The notes: a model not told the origin generated them from the sequence alone. 64,000 nucleotides of DNA from Candidatus Poribacteria bacterium (GCA_964291315.2 OZ219752.1:64001-128000), one strand, 5' to 3'; positions 1 through 9,901 are shown, counted from the first letter of the stretch. A program made the numbers and translations.

Positions 1-1
1 T

Positions 2-439
2 ACGCGCCAAAATCTCACTATTGAATTCGTCCAAAACCACGGATCTTACCATTATAGTGGCAGCAATCAAGGCACGCGTGTCACAGGACAGTGCTATATC
101 ACTACGAAACGTTACGGCGATGATCCATTTCCATTTGTTCGTTTTAATCAGCGGACGGGTCCTAATATGCTTGAGTTCGTATTCGGTTCCGAACCTGTAA
201 GACAGATAGCCGCTAAACAAAAACAGAAGCGGGCTGCTATGCTGCAAAGCCGCAAGATGGGGATACAAGGCGCGCGGCGCGCTGCTGCAAAACAGACTTC
301 TTTCGCAATCGCCTCCCTAACAGGTATTACGGTAACAGAAGATACACTCTATTTAACCCTATACGGGGATATGAAGCTAACCCCCAAAGGCTGGATGCGA
401 ACTGGTGGACTTCGATGCACCTTTAAAAGAATTGAATGA
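2..439 (+). CDS. hypothetical protein, 3' part (5' end lies before the window)
   Basis: Frame 2 is open from base 2 (TRQNLTIEFVQNHGSY...) through the 167..439 ORF to TGA; no recognisable motif. Confidence 0.6.
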   Translation, partial: TRQNLTIEFVQNHGSYHYSGSNQGTRVTGQCYITTKRYGDDPFPFVRFNQRTGPNMLEFVFGSEPVRQIAAKQKQKRAAMLQSRKMGIQGARRAAAKQTSFAIASLTGITVTEDTLYLTLYGDMKLTPKGWMRTGGLRCTFKRIE

Positions 440-770
440 GATCGAGAATTTTAAACGATTAATACTATTATAATGGATGGCGGCTTTGGTATCAAGCCTC
501 GTTTAGCGCGGGGCAGAACTATTAAGGGAAAGGAGATTCTCTATGCTCTTTGGCATCCTCCGTCAGTTAAAGTACTAGGAAAATGAATCACCCATGCTTT
601 TTGATGCCGATTGTGGCGTTCTGGCTCCGGTTGAACTCTGCGTTGAATACCAAAGTCAAACCTTGCAACTTGATTCGTCTTAAGCTTAAGATTGAAACTC
701 CTACAGTACATATTATAACGCGAGCTTGAATAATTATTGGGTTCATCTTTGGATAAAGAGGGGGCCCCTT

Positions 771-868
771 GCATAGTCTAACAGGCTGTGCTACAAGCCC
801 TGAAGAGGCACAAGTTGACAGTCTATGCTACAGTAAGTACCTTGCACAATCTGAAAGGTTACGCTACA
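771..868 (-). repeat. cluster of three degenerate ~25-bp GTAG-type REP-like palindromes
   Basis: gcatagtctaacaggctgtgctaca (771), gcacaagttgacagtctatgctaca (808), gcacaatctgaaaggttacgctaca (844); 36-37 bp period; each ends in CTAC (GTAG on minus strand). Confidence 0.6.
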
Positions 869-1104
869 AAACAACCTACTCACTCTTTTTTAAACTCACG
901 TTATTATGCCGTATTTTTTCAAAATCGTCGTTTTATTTGCTTGACACAACTGATTAACTGCTACGCTATCCTCGATACAGAGGCACCGGGGTTCGTATCA
1001 CAAGATTTAGTAAAGTGCTGGAGCATCATCATAATCACAGGTTGTCGCAGATTACGCGGATTTCTTGGAAAACTAAATCGCTTTGCTTCTAGGCCTAATC
1101 GACC

Positions 1105-1133
1105 TTGACATTTCTTCTTGTTTCTAGTATTAT
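1105..1133 (+). promoter_or_regulatory. sigma70-type promoter of the TPR/propeller gene
   Basis: TTGACA-17 bp-TATTAT, 40 bp upstream of ATG 1173. Confidence 0.7.
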
Positions 1134-1172
1134 AAACCTACATTCATTGATCCAATATTTTGAAGGTAAATC

Positions 1173-3251
1173 ATGCTGCAGCAGATGTTTTTAAAAGAGA
1201 TGCAACCTAAAAAACAGAAAACTTACCGTCTATTTGCATTAATACCATCACTATTTTTTCTGTTCGTCTATCAGCTGCCTGCTGACAAGCTACCTACTTC
1301 CCATAGCGAGCAATATGTCATCGTAGAGAGTGAAAACGGTGATAGATTGACCGGCACTTGGCGCGGTGCCACCGAAACCCATTTTGAAATAGGGTACCAG
1401 GGACAGATCCTGCGGCTTCCGCTAACAGGATACAGCATTCATTTTACATCAAACCTTGCACATGTTGCAGATCGAACGGCAGCAAAGTACTTTCGAAACG
1501 GACTGATGCTGTTGGAGTTAGGTCTTCCTGAAAAAGCAAAAGGACGTTTTGAAGCCGCCATCGAAGAATTACCGAAATATCCGGCTGCCCACTACCAGCT
1601 CGGATTGCTTTACAAAGCAGATGGGGACAAGACACGCGCGTTGGAACGTTTCCGATCTGTAGCAATTCTCGATGCAGCCAATTATGATCTTGTCCCGATT
1701 TTTGAGGAGTTTGGCGATACTGCACTCGCTAATGAGGCTTATGCTAAGGCAGTGGATAGCTATCAGTTAATCTTAACCCATTATCCAGAACACTCATCTA
1801 CTCCAGCCTTGCGCTATCTCACTGGATTTCTCCTCGCCGAACAGTTAGGAGACGCGGCTGCGGGCCTGCTGCTCCTTGAATCAGCAATAAGACAACATCC
1901 AGATAGTCCCGATGAACGTGAAAAAGCGCTTTTCCTGATAGGGAAACTACAAGCAGAAACGAATCAGTTGGAAGAGGCCCTCCACACTCTGCGGGGGTTT
2001 ATTATGCGTTATCCGACGAGTGAGTGGGTCTATGAGGCACGACTTATCCGCGCTGAAACGCATCTGAAACTCGGTAAACCGGCAGAGGCTGCAAGTGGAG
2101 CGAGACTTATCTACGAATCGAGTATAGATGAAAGATTAAAGGAGCGCGCAAAACAGATTATCGATCAGACCGAGTGGACAATTTACACAAAGACAGACGG
2201 GCTTCCAGACAACCAGATCCAAACGATTGCCAACGATGAAACAAAGTTGTGGATAGGCACTCCGCAAGGTATTATGCTTTTTGAGACTGCCTACGGGAAA
2301 TGGATCTCGATTGAGAATATTCCACAGTTGATTAACAGTGCAGTGGAGACGGTTCCAGATGTTAGAGCTATCGCTGTTAACTCACAGGAGGTATGGATAG
2401 GCACTCGCTTCCAAGGCGCGATTCACTACAACAAGCTAACAAGTGAAATTCAGATATACTCACCAATTGACGGATTCCCTGCTTGGATCAGGGACATCAA
2501 AGTGGACGCAACAGCTGCATGGTTTGCAACAGGTATCGGTGTTATTCGTGAGGTGCGCGGCAGTATCAATCCACCGCTCGTCTACAATACACAAAATAGT
2601 CGGCTTCCGGCGAATAACCTTGAGAAGTTGCTTCTCACGCCCGAGAGGGTTTGGTGTGTCTCAGAAGATGGCGTAATCGGAATATTTGACCGAAAAATAG
2701 AGGAGTGGTATACTTATCATTCAACAGCAATTCGAGAAGAAATGACAATCGTTGGCATTGATACGGCAGCAGAGCAGCTCCTATTTACATGGTTCAATGC
2801 GGATGAAAAATCCAACGGTTATTTCCGAGCCGACTTGGATGGTGGCAATGGAAAGTTGACAACGCTCCATACTGGTATAGACGATGAAAACACGTTGCGG
2901 AACATTTACATTCAAGGAGCTCTTGATACTTCACCTGTCATAGAACCACCTATCGTTGAAGAAAACCTTGAGGAGAAGAGAGACGAAAAAACCGAGACAT
3001 CGTCTGCAGAGCTAGTAGAAGCGGAAGCAACAGAAGCACAACCGCTACCTCCTATATCAGAAGTACCATTAGTGTTGTGGATAGCAACGAACGATCTGTT
3101 TTATACGCACCACACCCGTTCTAGCGCGTGGAAAGATACAAGTACGCCTCAAATCGTATCGGAGGCATTAGCGATAAAATCCCTCGTTGTCGCGAATAAT
3201 CGGGCATGGATAGCGACTACCAACGGCTTAGCATCTGTGAGCGTGCGATGA
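1173..3251 (+). CDS. exported TPR-repeat protein with C-terminal beta-propeller (two-component-regulator-propeller-like repeats)
   Basis: Hydrophobic N-terminus; small beta domain (VESENGDRLTG); multiple TPR helix pairs; DGLPDNQIQTIA...LWIGT propeller repeats; acidic linker. Confidence 0.75.
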   Translation: MLQQMFLKEMQPKKQKTYRLFALIPSLFFLFVYQLPADKLPTSHSEQYVIVESENGDRLTGTWRGATETHFEIGYQGQILRLPLTGYSIHFTSNLAHVADRTAAKYFRNGLMLLELGLPEKAKGRFEAAIEELPKYPAAHYQLGLLYKADGDKTRALERFRSVAILDAANYDLVPIFEEFGDTALANEAYAKAVDSYQLILTHYPEHSSTPALRYLTGFLLAEQLGDAAAGLLLLESAIRQHPDSPDEREKALFLIGKLQAETNQLEEALHTLRGFIMRYPTSEWVYEARLIRAETHLKLGKPAEAASGARLIYESSIDERLKERAKQIIDQTEWTIYTKTDGLPDNQIQTIANDETKLWIGTPQGIMLFETAYGKWISIENIPQLINSAVETVPDVRAIAVNSQEVWIGTRFQGAIHYNKLTSEIQIYSPIDGFPAWIRDIKVDATAAWFATGIGVIREVRGSINPPLVYNTQNSRLPANNLEKLLLTPERVWCVSEDGVIGIFDRKIEEWYTYHSTAIREEMTIVGIDTAAEQLLFTWFNADEKSNGYFRADLDGGNGKLTTLHTGIDDENTLRNIYIQGALDTSPVIEPPIVEENLEEKRDEKTETSSAELVEAEATEAQPLPPISEVPLVLWIATNDLFYTHHTRSSAWKDTSTPQIVSEALAIKSLVVANNRAWIATTNGLASVSVR

Positions 3252-3285
3252 AGCAACTCACGGGGATGTCCGAATCTAAAAAGCT

Positions 3286-4128
3286 ATGCAACCGACAGCC
3301 ACAAAACTTATTACACGCTGGGCGTATACCGAACCGACCCTGATTGAAGACGAGTTAGTTGTCGAAGAACCACTTGAGATCCGGGTCGGACAACAGAGCT
3401 TAATCGTTGTGATGCGGACTCCGGGACACGATTTTGAATTGGCATCGGGTTTTCTCTACACAGAAAACCTCGTGACTTCCCGCGATGCCATCGAAATTAT
3501 TGCATACTGTGAGGACGAGCCTCCCGAAAAAGCGTTTACCGGTTTCTCCTCGCTACAGAATATCGTCAACGTTCGTCTGGCCGAAGCATTTGACTTTGAA
3601 ATACAATCCGGTTGGCAACGGAATTTCCATGCCAATGCAAGCTGCGGACTCTGTGGTAAAATGACGATCGAATCTGTTAAACACCAAGTACCCGCGCTGA
3701 ACTCAGGAATGTGCGTCAATCAAAACCTTTTTTATCAACTCAATGACCAGTTAAAGGCGGCACAGTCTGTTTTTGAAAGGACAGGTGGGCTTCATGCCGC
3801 TGGACTTTTCGATGAAACGGGTAAACTTCTGGTTGTCAGAGAGGATATTGGCCGACACAACGCAGTTGATAAAGTGATAGGGCACGCTTTGCTTACAGAC
3901 CTGTTACCACTTAGTCGCCATATTTTGATGGTGAGCGGGCGCGCAAGTTTTGAAATCGTCCAAAAAGCGCTCTTCGCCCGTATCCCTATTGTTGCCGCGG
4001 TCTCTGCCGCATCGACACTCGCCGTTGATCTTGCACAAGAAGGCAACCTTACTTTAATAGGGTTCATGCGTGGGAAAAGTATGGCGGTTTACAGTTGTCC
4101 AGAGCGTATCTGCCGTACCTCTAGGTAG
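3286..4128 (+). CDS. fdhD: formate dehydrogenase accessory sulfurtransferase FdhD
   Basis: VEEPLEI, MRTPG..ELA.GFL, SCGLCG, TGGLHAA, EDIGRHNAVDK and SGRASFE motifs. Confidence 0.95.
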   Translation: MQPTATKLITRWAYTEPTLIEDELVVEEPLEIRVGQQSLIVVMRTPGHDFELASGFLYTENLVTSRDAIEIIAYCEDEPPEKAFTGFSSLQNIVNVRLAEAFDFEIQSGWQRNFHANASCGLCGKMTIESVKHQVPALNSGMCVNQNLFYQLNDQLKAAQSVFERTGGLHAAGLFDETGKLLVVREDIGRHNAVDKVIGHALLTDLLPLSRHILMVSGRASFEIVQKALFARIPIVAAVSAASTLAVDLAQEGNLTLIGFMRGKSMAVYSCPERICRTSR

Positions 4129-4146
4129 CGCAAACCGTTCGTTTGC
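4125..4146 (+). repeat. GTAG-type REP-like palindrome overlapping the fdhD stop codon
   Basis: GTAG-c-GCAAAC-cgttc-GTTTGC; the TAG in GTAG is the fdhD stop. Confidence 0.55.
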
Positions 4147-4263
4147 AGCATTAAAGTTGCAGCCTATATCCAGTGAGACACTTCAGTTAAGAAGGTTTCC
4201 GCTATCTTTTTTAGATAGCATGTCTCTATAATAGCAAGAAAACTTAAAAGGAGTTAAACTCTC

Positions 4264-4542
4264 ATGTTAAGCATTTTAAACGGCATTCAGGGGCTTGTGA
4301 ATCTCCTATTCTTTTTAGCTATTGTCGGGACATTAGGAGTCTCGTGGATATACGCCCGCCGGTTGAAAAAACAGTACCGCGCAAGCTTCCCGTGGGGCAA
4401 GACAGCATCCATTGTCGGGATTGAAGTGTTGCTCTGGATAGGATTCACCATTTTCTGGGAAATCTTCAAAGCGTTATGGTTGCCAATCATGGTTGTCGCT
4501 ATCGTTATTATCGTGATCATTCTCTCAAGAAAACCGTATTAG
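4264..4542 (+). CDS. small hypothetical membrane protein (3 TM)
   Basis: AAGGAG RBS; three hydrophobic segments. Confidence 0.7.
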   Translation: MLSILNGIQGLVNLLFFLAIVGTLGVSWIYARRLKKQYRASFPWGKTASIVGIEVLLWIGFTIFWEIFKALWLPIMVVAIVIIVIILSRKPY

Positions 4543-4630
4543 TTGAAGTGTTGCTCTGGATAGGATTCACCATTTTCTGGGAAATCTTCAAAGTGTTATG
4601 GTTGCCAATCATGGTTGTCGCTATCGTTAT
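4421..4630 (+). repeat. 88-bp direct duplication of the 3' part of the membrane-protein gene
   Basis: 4421-4508 equals 4543-4630 with a single C/T mismatch; the second copy begins right after the stop codon. Confidence 0.9.
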
Positions 4631-4951
4631 CATTCACTGAGGAAAAAGGCAGAGATATACCTAATGAAAAGGCTGGTAAATTACTTAGCCTTTTGGCGAT
4701 GCGCCACTCGGAGCGTGAGTGCCGCAAATTCACTTTCACCGGGAAGCCACATCCCTGATGGATTCGAGATAAGGCCTTGAGGTTACTTGCGTTGAAATTG
4801 ATCTACGGATAGTGGGCCAGAACACACCTCGGTTCTAAAATCAGATCACCCTTAGATTTCTATAAAGGAATTGCCAATTGAAAAGAGGGCAAAAGCATAA
4901 GAAGCATCGAGGACTGACTGGCCCCTCGAAAACTGATGAGAGGAAAGATAC

Positions 4952-6004
4952 ATGAGTCGAATCGGAAGAGCTGTGGTTGCGCACGGTCAAGATTTTGAAA
5001 TTCGTGAATATCCAGTCCCCGATCCCGAGCCGAATACGGTCCTGCTCCGTCAGGAATTAGCAGGTATCTGTGGAACTGACCTGCACAATTGGCAGAATGG
5101 TTTCCAGCAAGAAGTGTTATTGGGACACGAAAACGTCGGTATTGTTGAGGCTATCGGGGAAGGGGTCAAGACAGATTATGTCGGAAAACCGATTACGGAA
5201 GGCGACAGAGTTATCTTTGCCCCGGGAACAAACTACGGGGCTTATGGGTTTCAGTGGAATCCGGACGAGGCACCGCATTTTCGGGGCGGGTTCGCCGATT
5301 ACATGTATCTAGCCCTTCCAAATACCTGTTTTCTGAAAACAGACGCATCCGCTGAAGTTGCAGTACTCACAGAGCCCTTCACTGTAGGCGTTCACGCAGC
5401 GATGCGTGGTCAAATAAAACTTGGGGACACTGTGGTTGTGCAAGGTTCGGGGGCTATCGGGCTTGTGACACTAGCGTGTGCCAAGTTGAGCGGTGCCGTG
5501 AAAGCCATTATGGTGGGAGGTCCTGCAGGGCGCCTGAGACTTGCCAAACGTCTCGGTGCCGACGTAACAATCGACATTGAGAAAGTTCCCTCCGTCGCAG
5601 AACGGACCGAGCTTGTGAAAACGGAAACTCCTCGTAAAGAAGGGGCTGATATTGTCTTTGAATGTGCAGGTTTCCTTCCTGCAACGCCTGAAGGGTTGGG
5701 ATATACCCGCCGGAGTGGGACCTTTGTTGAGGTCGGCCACTTCGTGGATATGGGATCTATTGACTTCAACATTAATCAGTTGCTGATGCGTAAAAACCTT
5801 CGGGTTGAGGCGATCTGGGGGAGCAGCTACGAACACTTCGTCCGCGGCCTACCGATCCTTGAGCAGAGCGGACTCCCTTTCGCAGACATGATTAGCCACC
5901 AGCTCCCACTTTCACAGGTCGGAGACGGCTTTAAAGCTCTTGACGGTGGCTACCGTATTAATGGTGAAACAGCGATTAAAATTGCGGTGAAGTCTGACCT
6001 GTGA
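4952..6004 (+). CDS. zinc-binding alcohol/polyol dehydrogenase (MDR family)
   Basis: GICGTD, GHE and GSGAIG motifs. Confidence 0.9.
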   Translation: MSRIGRAVVAHGQDFEIREYPVPDPEPNTVLLRQELAGICGTDLHNWQNGFQQEVLLGHENVGIVEAIGEGVKTDYVGKPITEGDRVIFAPGTNYGAYGFQWNPDEAPHFRGGFADYMYLALPNTCFLKTDASAEVAVLTEPFTVGVHAAMRGQIKLGDTVVVQGSGAIGLVTLACAKLSGAVKAIMVGGPAGRLRLAKRLGADVTIDIEKVPSVAERTELVKTETPRKEGADIVFECAGFLPATPEGLGYTRRSGTFVEVGHFVDMGSIDFNINQLLMRKNLRVEAIWGSSYEHFVRGLPILEQSGLPFADMISHQLPLSQVGDGFKALDGGYRINGETAIKIAVKSDL

Positions 6005-6112
6005 TTCAGGTGAGTATCAGATACCCTTGTAATTCGGATGAATCCTAAGATTACAAGGATCCGGGTTCAGACTAATAACCGAAAACTGAATAATTATTTA
6101 GGAGGCATATTG

Positions 6113-7132
6113 ATGTCAAAAACGTATCGCGTTGGCTTTGCGTCTCTCGTACACGACCACGTCTGGGGGGAACTCCGTCATTGGAAGGCGCACCCGAACG
6201 TTGAGATCGTCGCGGCAGGTGATGTCAATGCGGAATTACGCACACAATTCAGCGCAGAAGCCTGTGTTGAGAACGTCTATGACTCTTGGCAAGAGTTGTT
6301 GGAAAAAGAGGAATTAGACATCATCCAAGCGGCAGCAGAGAACAACGCCGGAGCGGACATCGTCGAAACCGCGGCAGCGAAAGGTATACACGTTGTATCC
6401 GAAAAACCGATGGCTGCTCGCCTTTCACAAGCTGATCGGATGCTCGCCGCTGCTGAGAACGCTAACACGCAGCTAATGGTGAACTGGCCCACGGCGTGGA
6501 GTCCAGCTCTCAATACCGCCATGAATCTCATTAAAGATGGAAGAATTGGGGACATTTTTTACTTCAAATGGCGTTCGGCACACAACGGCCCCATGGAAAT
6601 CGGATGCTCTCGTTACTTCTATGAGTGGCTCTACGATGAAGAGAAAAACGGTGCGGGAGCGTTGATGGATTACTGCTGCTATTGTGCCGATATGTGCGCA
6701 TATCTCCTCGGTTCGCCCCAACAGGTAACAGCATTCCGCGGTACCTTCGTCAAAGATTACCCAATACCCGATGATAATGCAGTCATCGTTATGAAATACG
6801 GAAACGCTTTTGGCATCACGGAAGCATCTTGGACTCAGAAGGTGGGTTATATTACACCGAATCCTGTGGTCTATGGTACTGAAGGCGCGTTAGCGGTCAG
6901 TGGAAACCAAGTCCATCTTCATCCTGCAGCGGGGGATGCCCAGGTGATAACACCTGAATCGCTACCAGAGGGGAAACGCAACGCCGCAGAATACTTCATT
7001 CACTGCTTGGAAACAGGCGAACCCATCGAGGGCTTGTGTAACGCCAAAGTGAGTCGGGATGCCCAAGAGATCCTTGAAGCAGGTTTGGTATCAGCAAATA
7101 GCGGACGGGTTGTTAACCTGCCGATGTCGTAA
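6113..7132 (+). CDS. Gfo/Idh/MocA family oxidoreductase
   Basis: HVVSEKPMA and GAGALMDY motifs; start moved to ATG 6113 behind a GGAGG RBS. Confidence 0.9.
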   Translation: MSKTYRVGFASLVHDHVWGELRHWKAHPNVEIVAAGDVNAELRTQFSAEACVENVYDSWQELLEKEELDIIQAAAENNAGADIVETAAAKGIHVVSEKPMAARLSQADRMLAAAENANTQLMVNWPTAWSPALNTAMNLIKDGRIGDIFYFKWRSAHNGPMEIGCSRYFYEWLYDEEKNGAGALMDYCCYCADMCAYLLGSPQQVTAFRGTFVKDYPIPDDNAVIVMKYGNAFGITEASWTQKVGYITPNPVVYGTEGALAVSGNQVHLHPAAGDAQVITPESLPEGKRNAAEYFIHCLETGEPIEGLCNAKVSRDAQEILEAGLVSANSGRVVNLPMS

Positions 7133-7184
7133 ATCCTTATAGGTATGTATTACACCCCACCTATAGAAACTTTAGAAGGACCTT

Positions 7185-7943
7185 ATGAACGATAGAATCC
7201 CGATTGCATTACAACTATATTCTGTCAGAAACGATTGCGCTGGCGATTTATCTTTAACTCTTCAAGCGGTTGCGCAAATGGGCTATGAAGGGGTTGAGTT
7301 TGCAGGTTACTATGACCGCACTGCTGAGGAATTACGCGATATGTGTGAGGACCTCGGACTTAAAGTCGCTGGGACACACACGGGCTTGAACACGCTTCTC
7401 GGTGAGGAGCTTGCCAAAACCGTTGAATTTAACAAAATTCTCGGCAACCGGTATCTGATCGTGCCGGGTCTGTCCGAGGAATATCGGAATTCCCAACAGG
7501 CATGGCGCGACACAGCAAACATCTTCAACGGCATCGCTGAAAAAATCGCTGACCAAGGATTGTCTACCGGATATCACAATCACACGGGCGAATTTGAACC
7601 ATTGGAAGGCCGAATCCCGTGGGATACCTTCGGTAGTAACACCCGTGATGATGTCGTGATGCAAATTGACATCGGTCACGCGCTGCGTGCCGGTGCTGAC
7701 CCTGTAGCATTTATCGAACGTTACGCGGGGAGATCTAAACTGGTGCATCTTAAAGAGTACTCCGCCACCAATGAGAACGCACTCATTGGTGAAGGTGAAA
7801 TCCCCTGGGATGACGTGTTTCATGCCAGTGAAACTGCAGGCGGAACGGAGTGGTACATTGTGGAACAAGAGCGCTACGCCTACTCGCCGCTTGAATGCGT
7901 CGAACGCTGTATTAATAATCTACAGCAAATGGGGAAAATTTAA
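7185..7943 (+). CDS. sugar phosphate isomerase/epimerase (xylose-isomerase-like TIM barrel)
   Basis: LQLYSVR, GYEGVEFAG, YHNH..EF, DIGH, HLKE and IVEQE motifs. Confidence 0.9.
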   Translation: MNDRIPIALQLYSVRNDCAGDLSLTLQAVAQMGYEGVEFAGYYDRTAEELRDMCEDLGLKVAGTHTGLNTLLGEELAKTVEFNKILGNRYLIVPGLSEEYRNSQQAWRDTANIFNGIAEKIADQGLSTGYHNHTGEFEPLEGRIPWDTFGSNTRDDVVMQIDIGHALRAGADPVAFIERYAGRSKLVHLKEYSATNENALIGEGEIPWDDVFHASETAGGTEWYIVEQERYAYSPLECVERCINNLQQMGKI

Positions 7944-7945
7944 GT

Positions 7946-8674
7946 TTGCCTGATTTCTCGCGCGATATTTTTGATAAAACGCTTTTACTCTGGTGGGAAG
8001 ATTTTTATTTTCCAATCTTTGAGTACCTTCTTCCAAAGATCGGGCAATTGGAAGGAAAAAAGATACTAGAATTAGGCACCGGCACAGGGGGAACTGCAAC
8101 ACTACTTGCAAATCTTGGTGCGACCGTGATTGGAATAGACTTACTTCCCTTCCGACTCACTGAAGGTAAAGCGCGGGCGGCGGAATATGGACTTGCCGAG
8201 TCGGTAGAATTCGCGCTCATGGATGCAATGAATCTTGCCTTTCTAGACAATACTTTTGACTTTATTATCTCAAAATCTGTACTTGTGTTCACAACACATA
8301 CGCAAACCGCTAAGGAGTGTTACCGCGTTCTCAAGCCGGGAGGAAAAGCGATTTTTATAGAAAATATGCGCTACCATCCAGCGGTATGGCTTTATCGCAA
8401 AGCGTTTTTAAAATACTCCGGCAGGTTGCACTACTTCTCGCTAGGTGATGTCGAGGCAATCGGTGATGAATTTGAGAGCTTGGAGCATCGTGAGTTTCAT
8501 CTCTCCGCAGTGGGCGCGCTGTTTTGGCAGAGATGTGTTTCTATTCCCCTCTTTTATGACTGGACCCTCCGTATCCTCAAAGCGATAGATACTTCTCTCC
8601 TCAAATGCTTCCCGTTCCTCAAACGGTTCTGTTGGATCACAGCAATGATTTGCCGCAAAGATAAATTCTCATAG
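7946..8674 (+). CDS. class I SAM-dependent methyltransferase
   Basis: ILELGTGTG motif I; FDFII; RVLKPGG; TTG start. Confidence 0.85.
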   Translation: MPDFSRDIFDKTLLLWWEDFYFPIFEYLLPKIGQLEGKKILELGTGTGGTATLLANLGATVIGIDLLPFRLTEGKARAAEYGLAESVEFALMDAMNLAFLDNTFDFIISKSVLVFTTHTQTAKECYRVLKPGGKAIFIENMRYHPAVWLYRKAFLKYSGRLHYFSLGDVEAIGDEFESLEHREFHLSAVGALFWQRCVSIPLFYDWTLRILKAIDTSLLKCFPFLKRFCWITAMICRKDKFS

Positions 8675-8695
8675 CGCCCTATTCGCCCTGAACTC

Positions 8696-8728
8696 AGCGG
8701 GTTTGTGAAGACATTTCACAAACCCGCT
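8696..8728. terminator. probable bidirectional terminator hairpin between convergent genes
   Basis: Perfect 14-bp stem agcgggtttgtgaa/ttcacaaacccgct with a 5-nt loop. Confidence 0.75.
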
Positions 8729-8754
8729 CTATTTTCAGCTCCTCAATTAAACAC

Positions 8755-9600
8755 TTAGCGGAGACTGTCACGGCGATGATAGGATTTAACCGTCCCCCAC
8801 ATAGTGGTTATCTTGCCCTCCGCTTTGACAGCAAGGGCTTTATCTGGACGCGAACCGCTCGCGAGTTCAGCAACTTCGTCTTCAGAGAGGGCACGATCCC
8901 AAAGGATAACATCGTCGATTATGCCATCAAGGAACGTATCGTTCCCATCATTGCCACCGATGCCTCGACCGGCACCGAGTTCTAAAGGTCGATCTGGAAA
9001 AAGATTGTAGGGTTCCGGTGCGACTTGCGGATTCGCTTGACCACTGGCGGGTATTTCAGGTTTTTCACCATCCCTGGCCACGTAACCTATAGCCTCCTTA
9101 CCGTCCGCTGTCTGACAGACATGAAACCACTCTCCCGGCTCGATGACTCCCTCTGTAGCAAACCAGTTTTGGGTACCGCCACTGGTCGTTCCCCAGGTCA
9201 AATTGTTGCTACTAGTCGTTACTATACGAAAGGTGAAAGTTGCACCCCAACCAACCTTCTCGCCTTTCCAAACCCCGGAGTGGTCTCTGCCCTCCCGGAC
9301 ATAGAGCCAATAGGAGATAGTATGTGGTCCCTCAATAACTTCCTCAAGACCGGGGTTAAACTCGATATCTGCCCGTGAATCTTGATTTCCATCAACATCC
9401 AATGCCTTGCCAAATTTACCATCATTGGTGATTTTAGCTCCTTTGAAGAGTTCACCATGTGCTTTTCCGATAGCGTCGGTTACCTTCCCATCGTCAAAGG
9501 TCCAACCAGCAACAACCCCGTCATTTATATCTGCAACCGCAGGGGTTGTTAGAAAGATCGCCAATGCAGCGAGAGTGAGCATAGAAATAAATAGTTTCAC
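8755..9600 (-). CDS. secreted LamG / concanavalin A-like domain protein
   Basis: Signal peptide; GKFGKAL, WFHV and GIIDDVILWDRALSEDEV motifs; C-terminal KITTMWGTVK; AAGGAGG RBS before GTG. Confidence 0.85.
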   Translation of the reverse strand: MKLFISMLTLAALAIFLTTPAVADINDGVVAGWTFDDGKVTDAIGKAHGELFKGAKITNDGKFGKALDVDGNQDSRADIEFNPGLEEVIEGPHTISYWLYVREGRDHSGVWKGEKVGWGATFTFRIVTTSSNNLTWGTTSGGTQNWFATEGVIEPGEWFHVCQTADGKEAIGYVARDGEKPEIPASGQANPQVAPEPYNLFPDRPLELGAGRGIGGNDGNDTFLDGIIDDVILWDRALSEDEVAELASGSRPDKALAVKAEGKITTMWGTVKSYHRRDSLR

Positions 9601-9857
9601 TGAAATTAGCCTCCTTTAAGAGTTAGTAGAATGTTATCCGGATAAGAATTTAACGAAAAATCAACCTTTCCCGGATAAAGCTCGTCTAAATAAAGAGACG
9701 CGAAATAGAATCACCTCACTTGGAAAGTGATACAGTTACAATTTCCATACCTAAGTTGCTGTTTAAGCCGGTAGAGGTGCTTATATCTTGTGTCCCAAAT
9801 CTATGGGCAGCTCCTTTTTTAGTGTGTAGTATGCTGTAAAGGAGTTCCCATAGGTTT

Positions 9858-9886
9858 AATTTACATTAAGCACTTTTTTTATTCAA
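9858..9886 (-). promoter_or_regulatory. candidate sigma70 promoter giving a ~250-nt leader for the LamG gene
   Basis: TTGAAT-17 bp-TAAATT on the minus strand, with a TG just upstream of the -10. Confidence 0.45.
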
Positions 9887-9901
9887 GAAAAAATAGCAAT
9901 G

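Noticed and set aside
771-868. Regularly spaced repeats as a CRISPR array
   Set aside because: Units are degenerate, spacers are only 11-12 bp and there are no cas genes. REP-like elements fit better.
541-1108. Short ORFs 541-774, 769-957 and 788-1108
   Set aside because: They overlap REP-like repeats and promoter DNA, lack RBS or motifs, and are probably spurious.
4421-4630. 88-bp repeat as a DGR template/variable repeat pair
   Set aside because: Only one mismatch (C/T, not at an adenine), the target is a TM segment, and there is no reverse transcriptase in the window.
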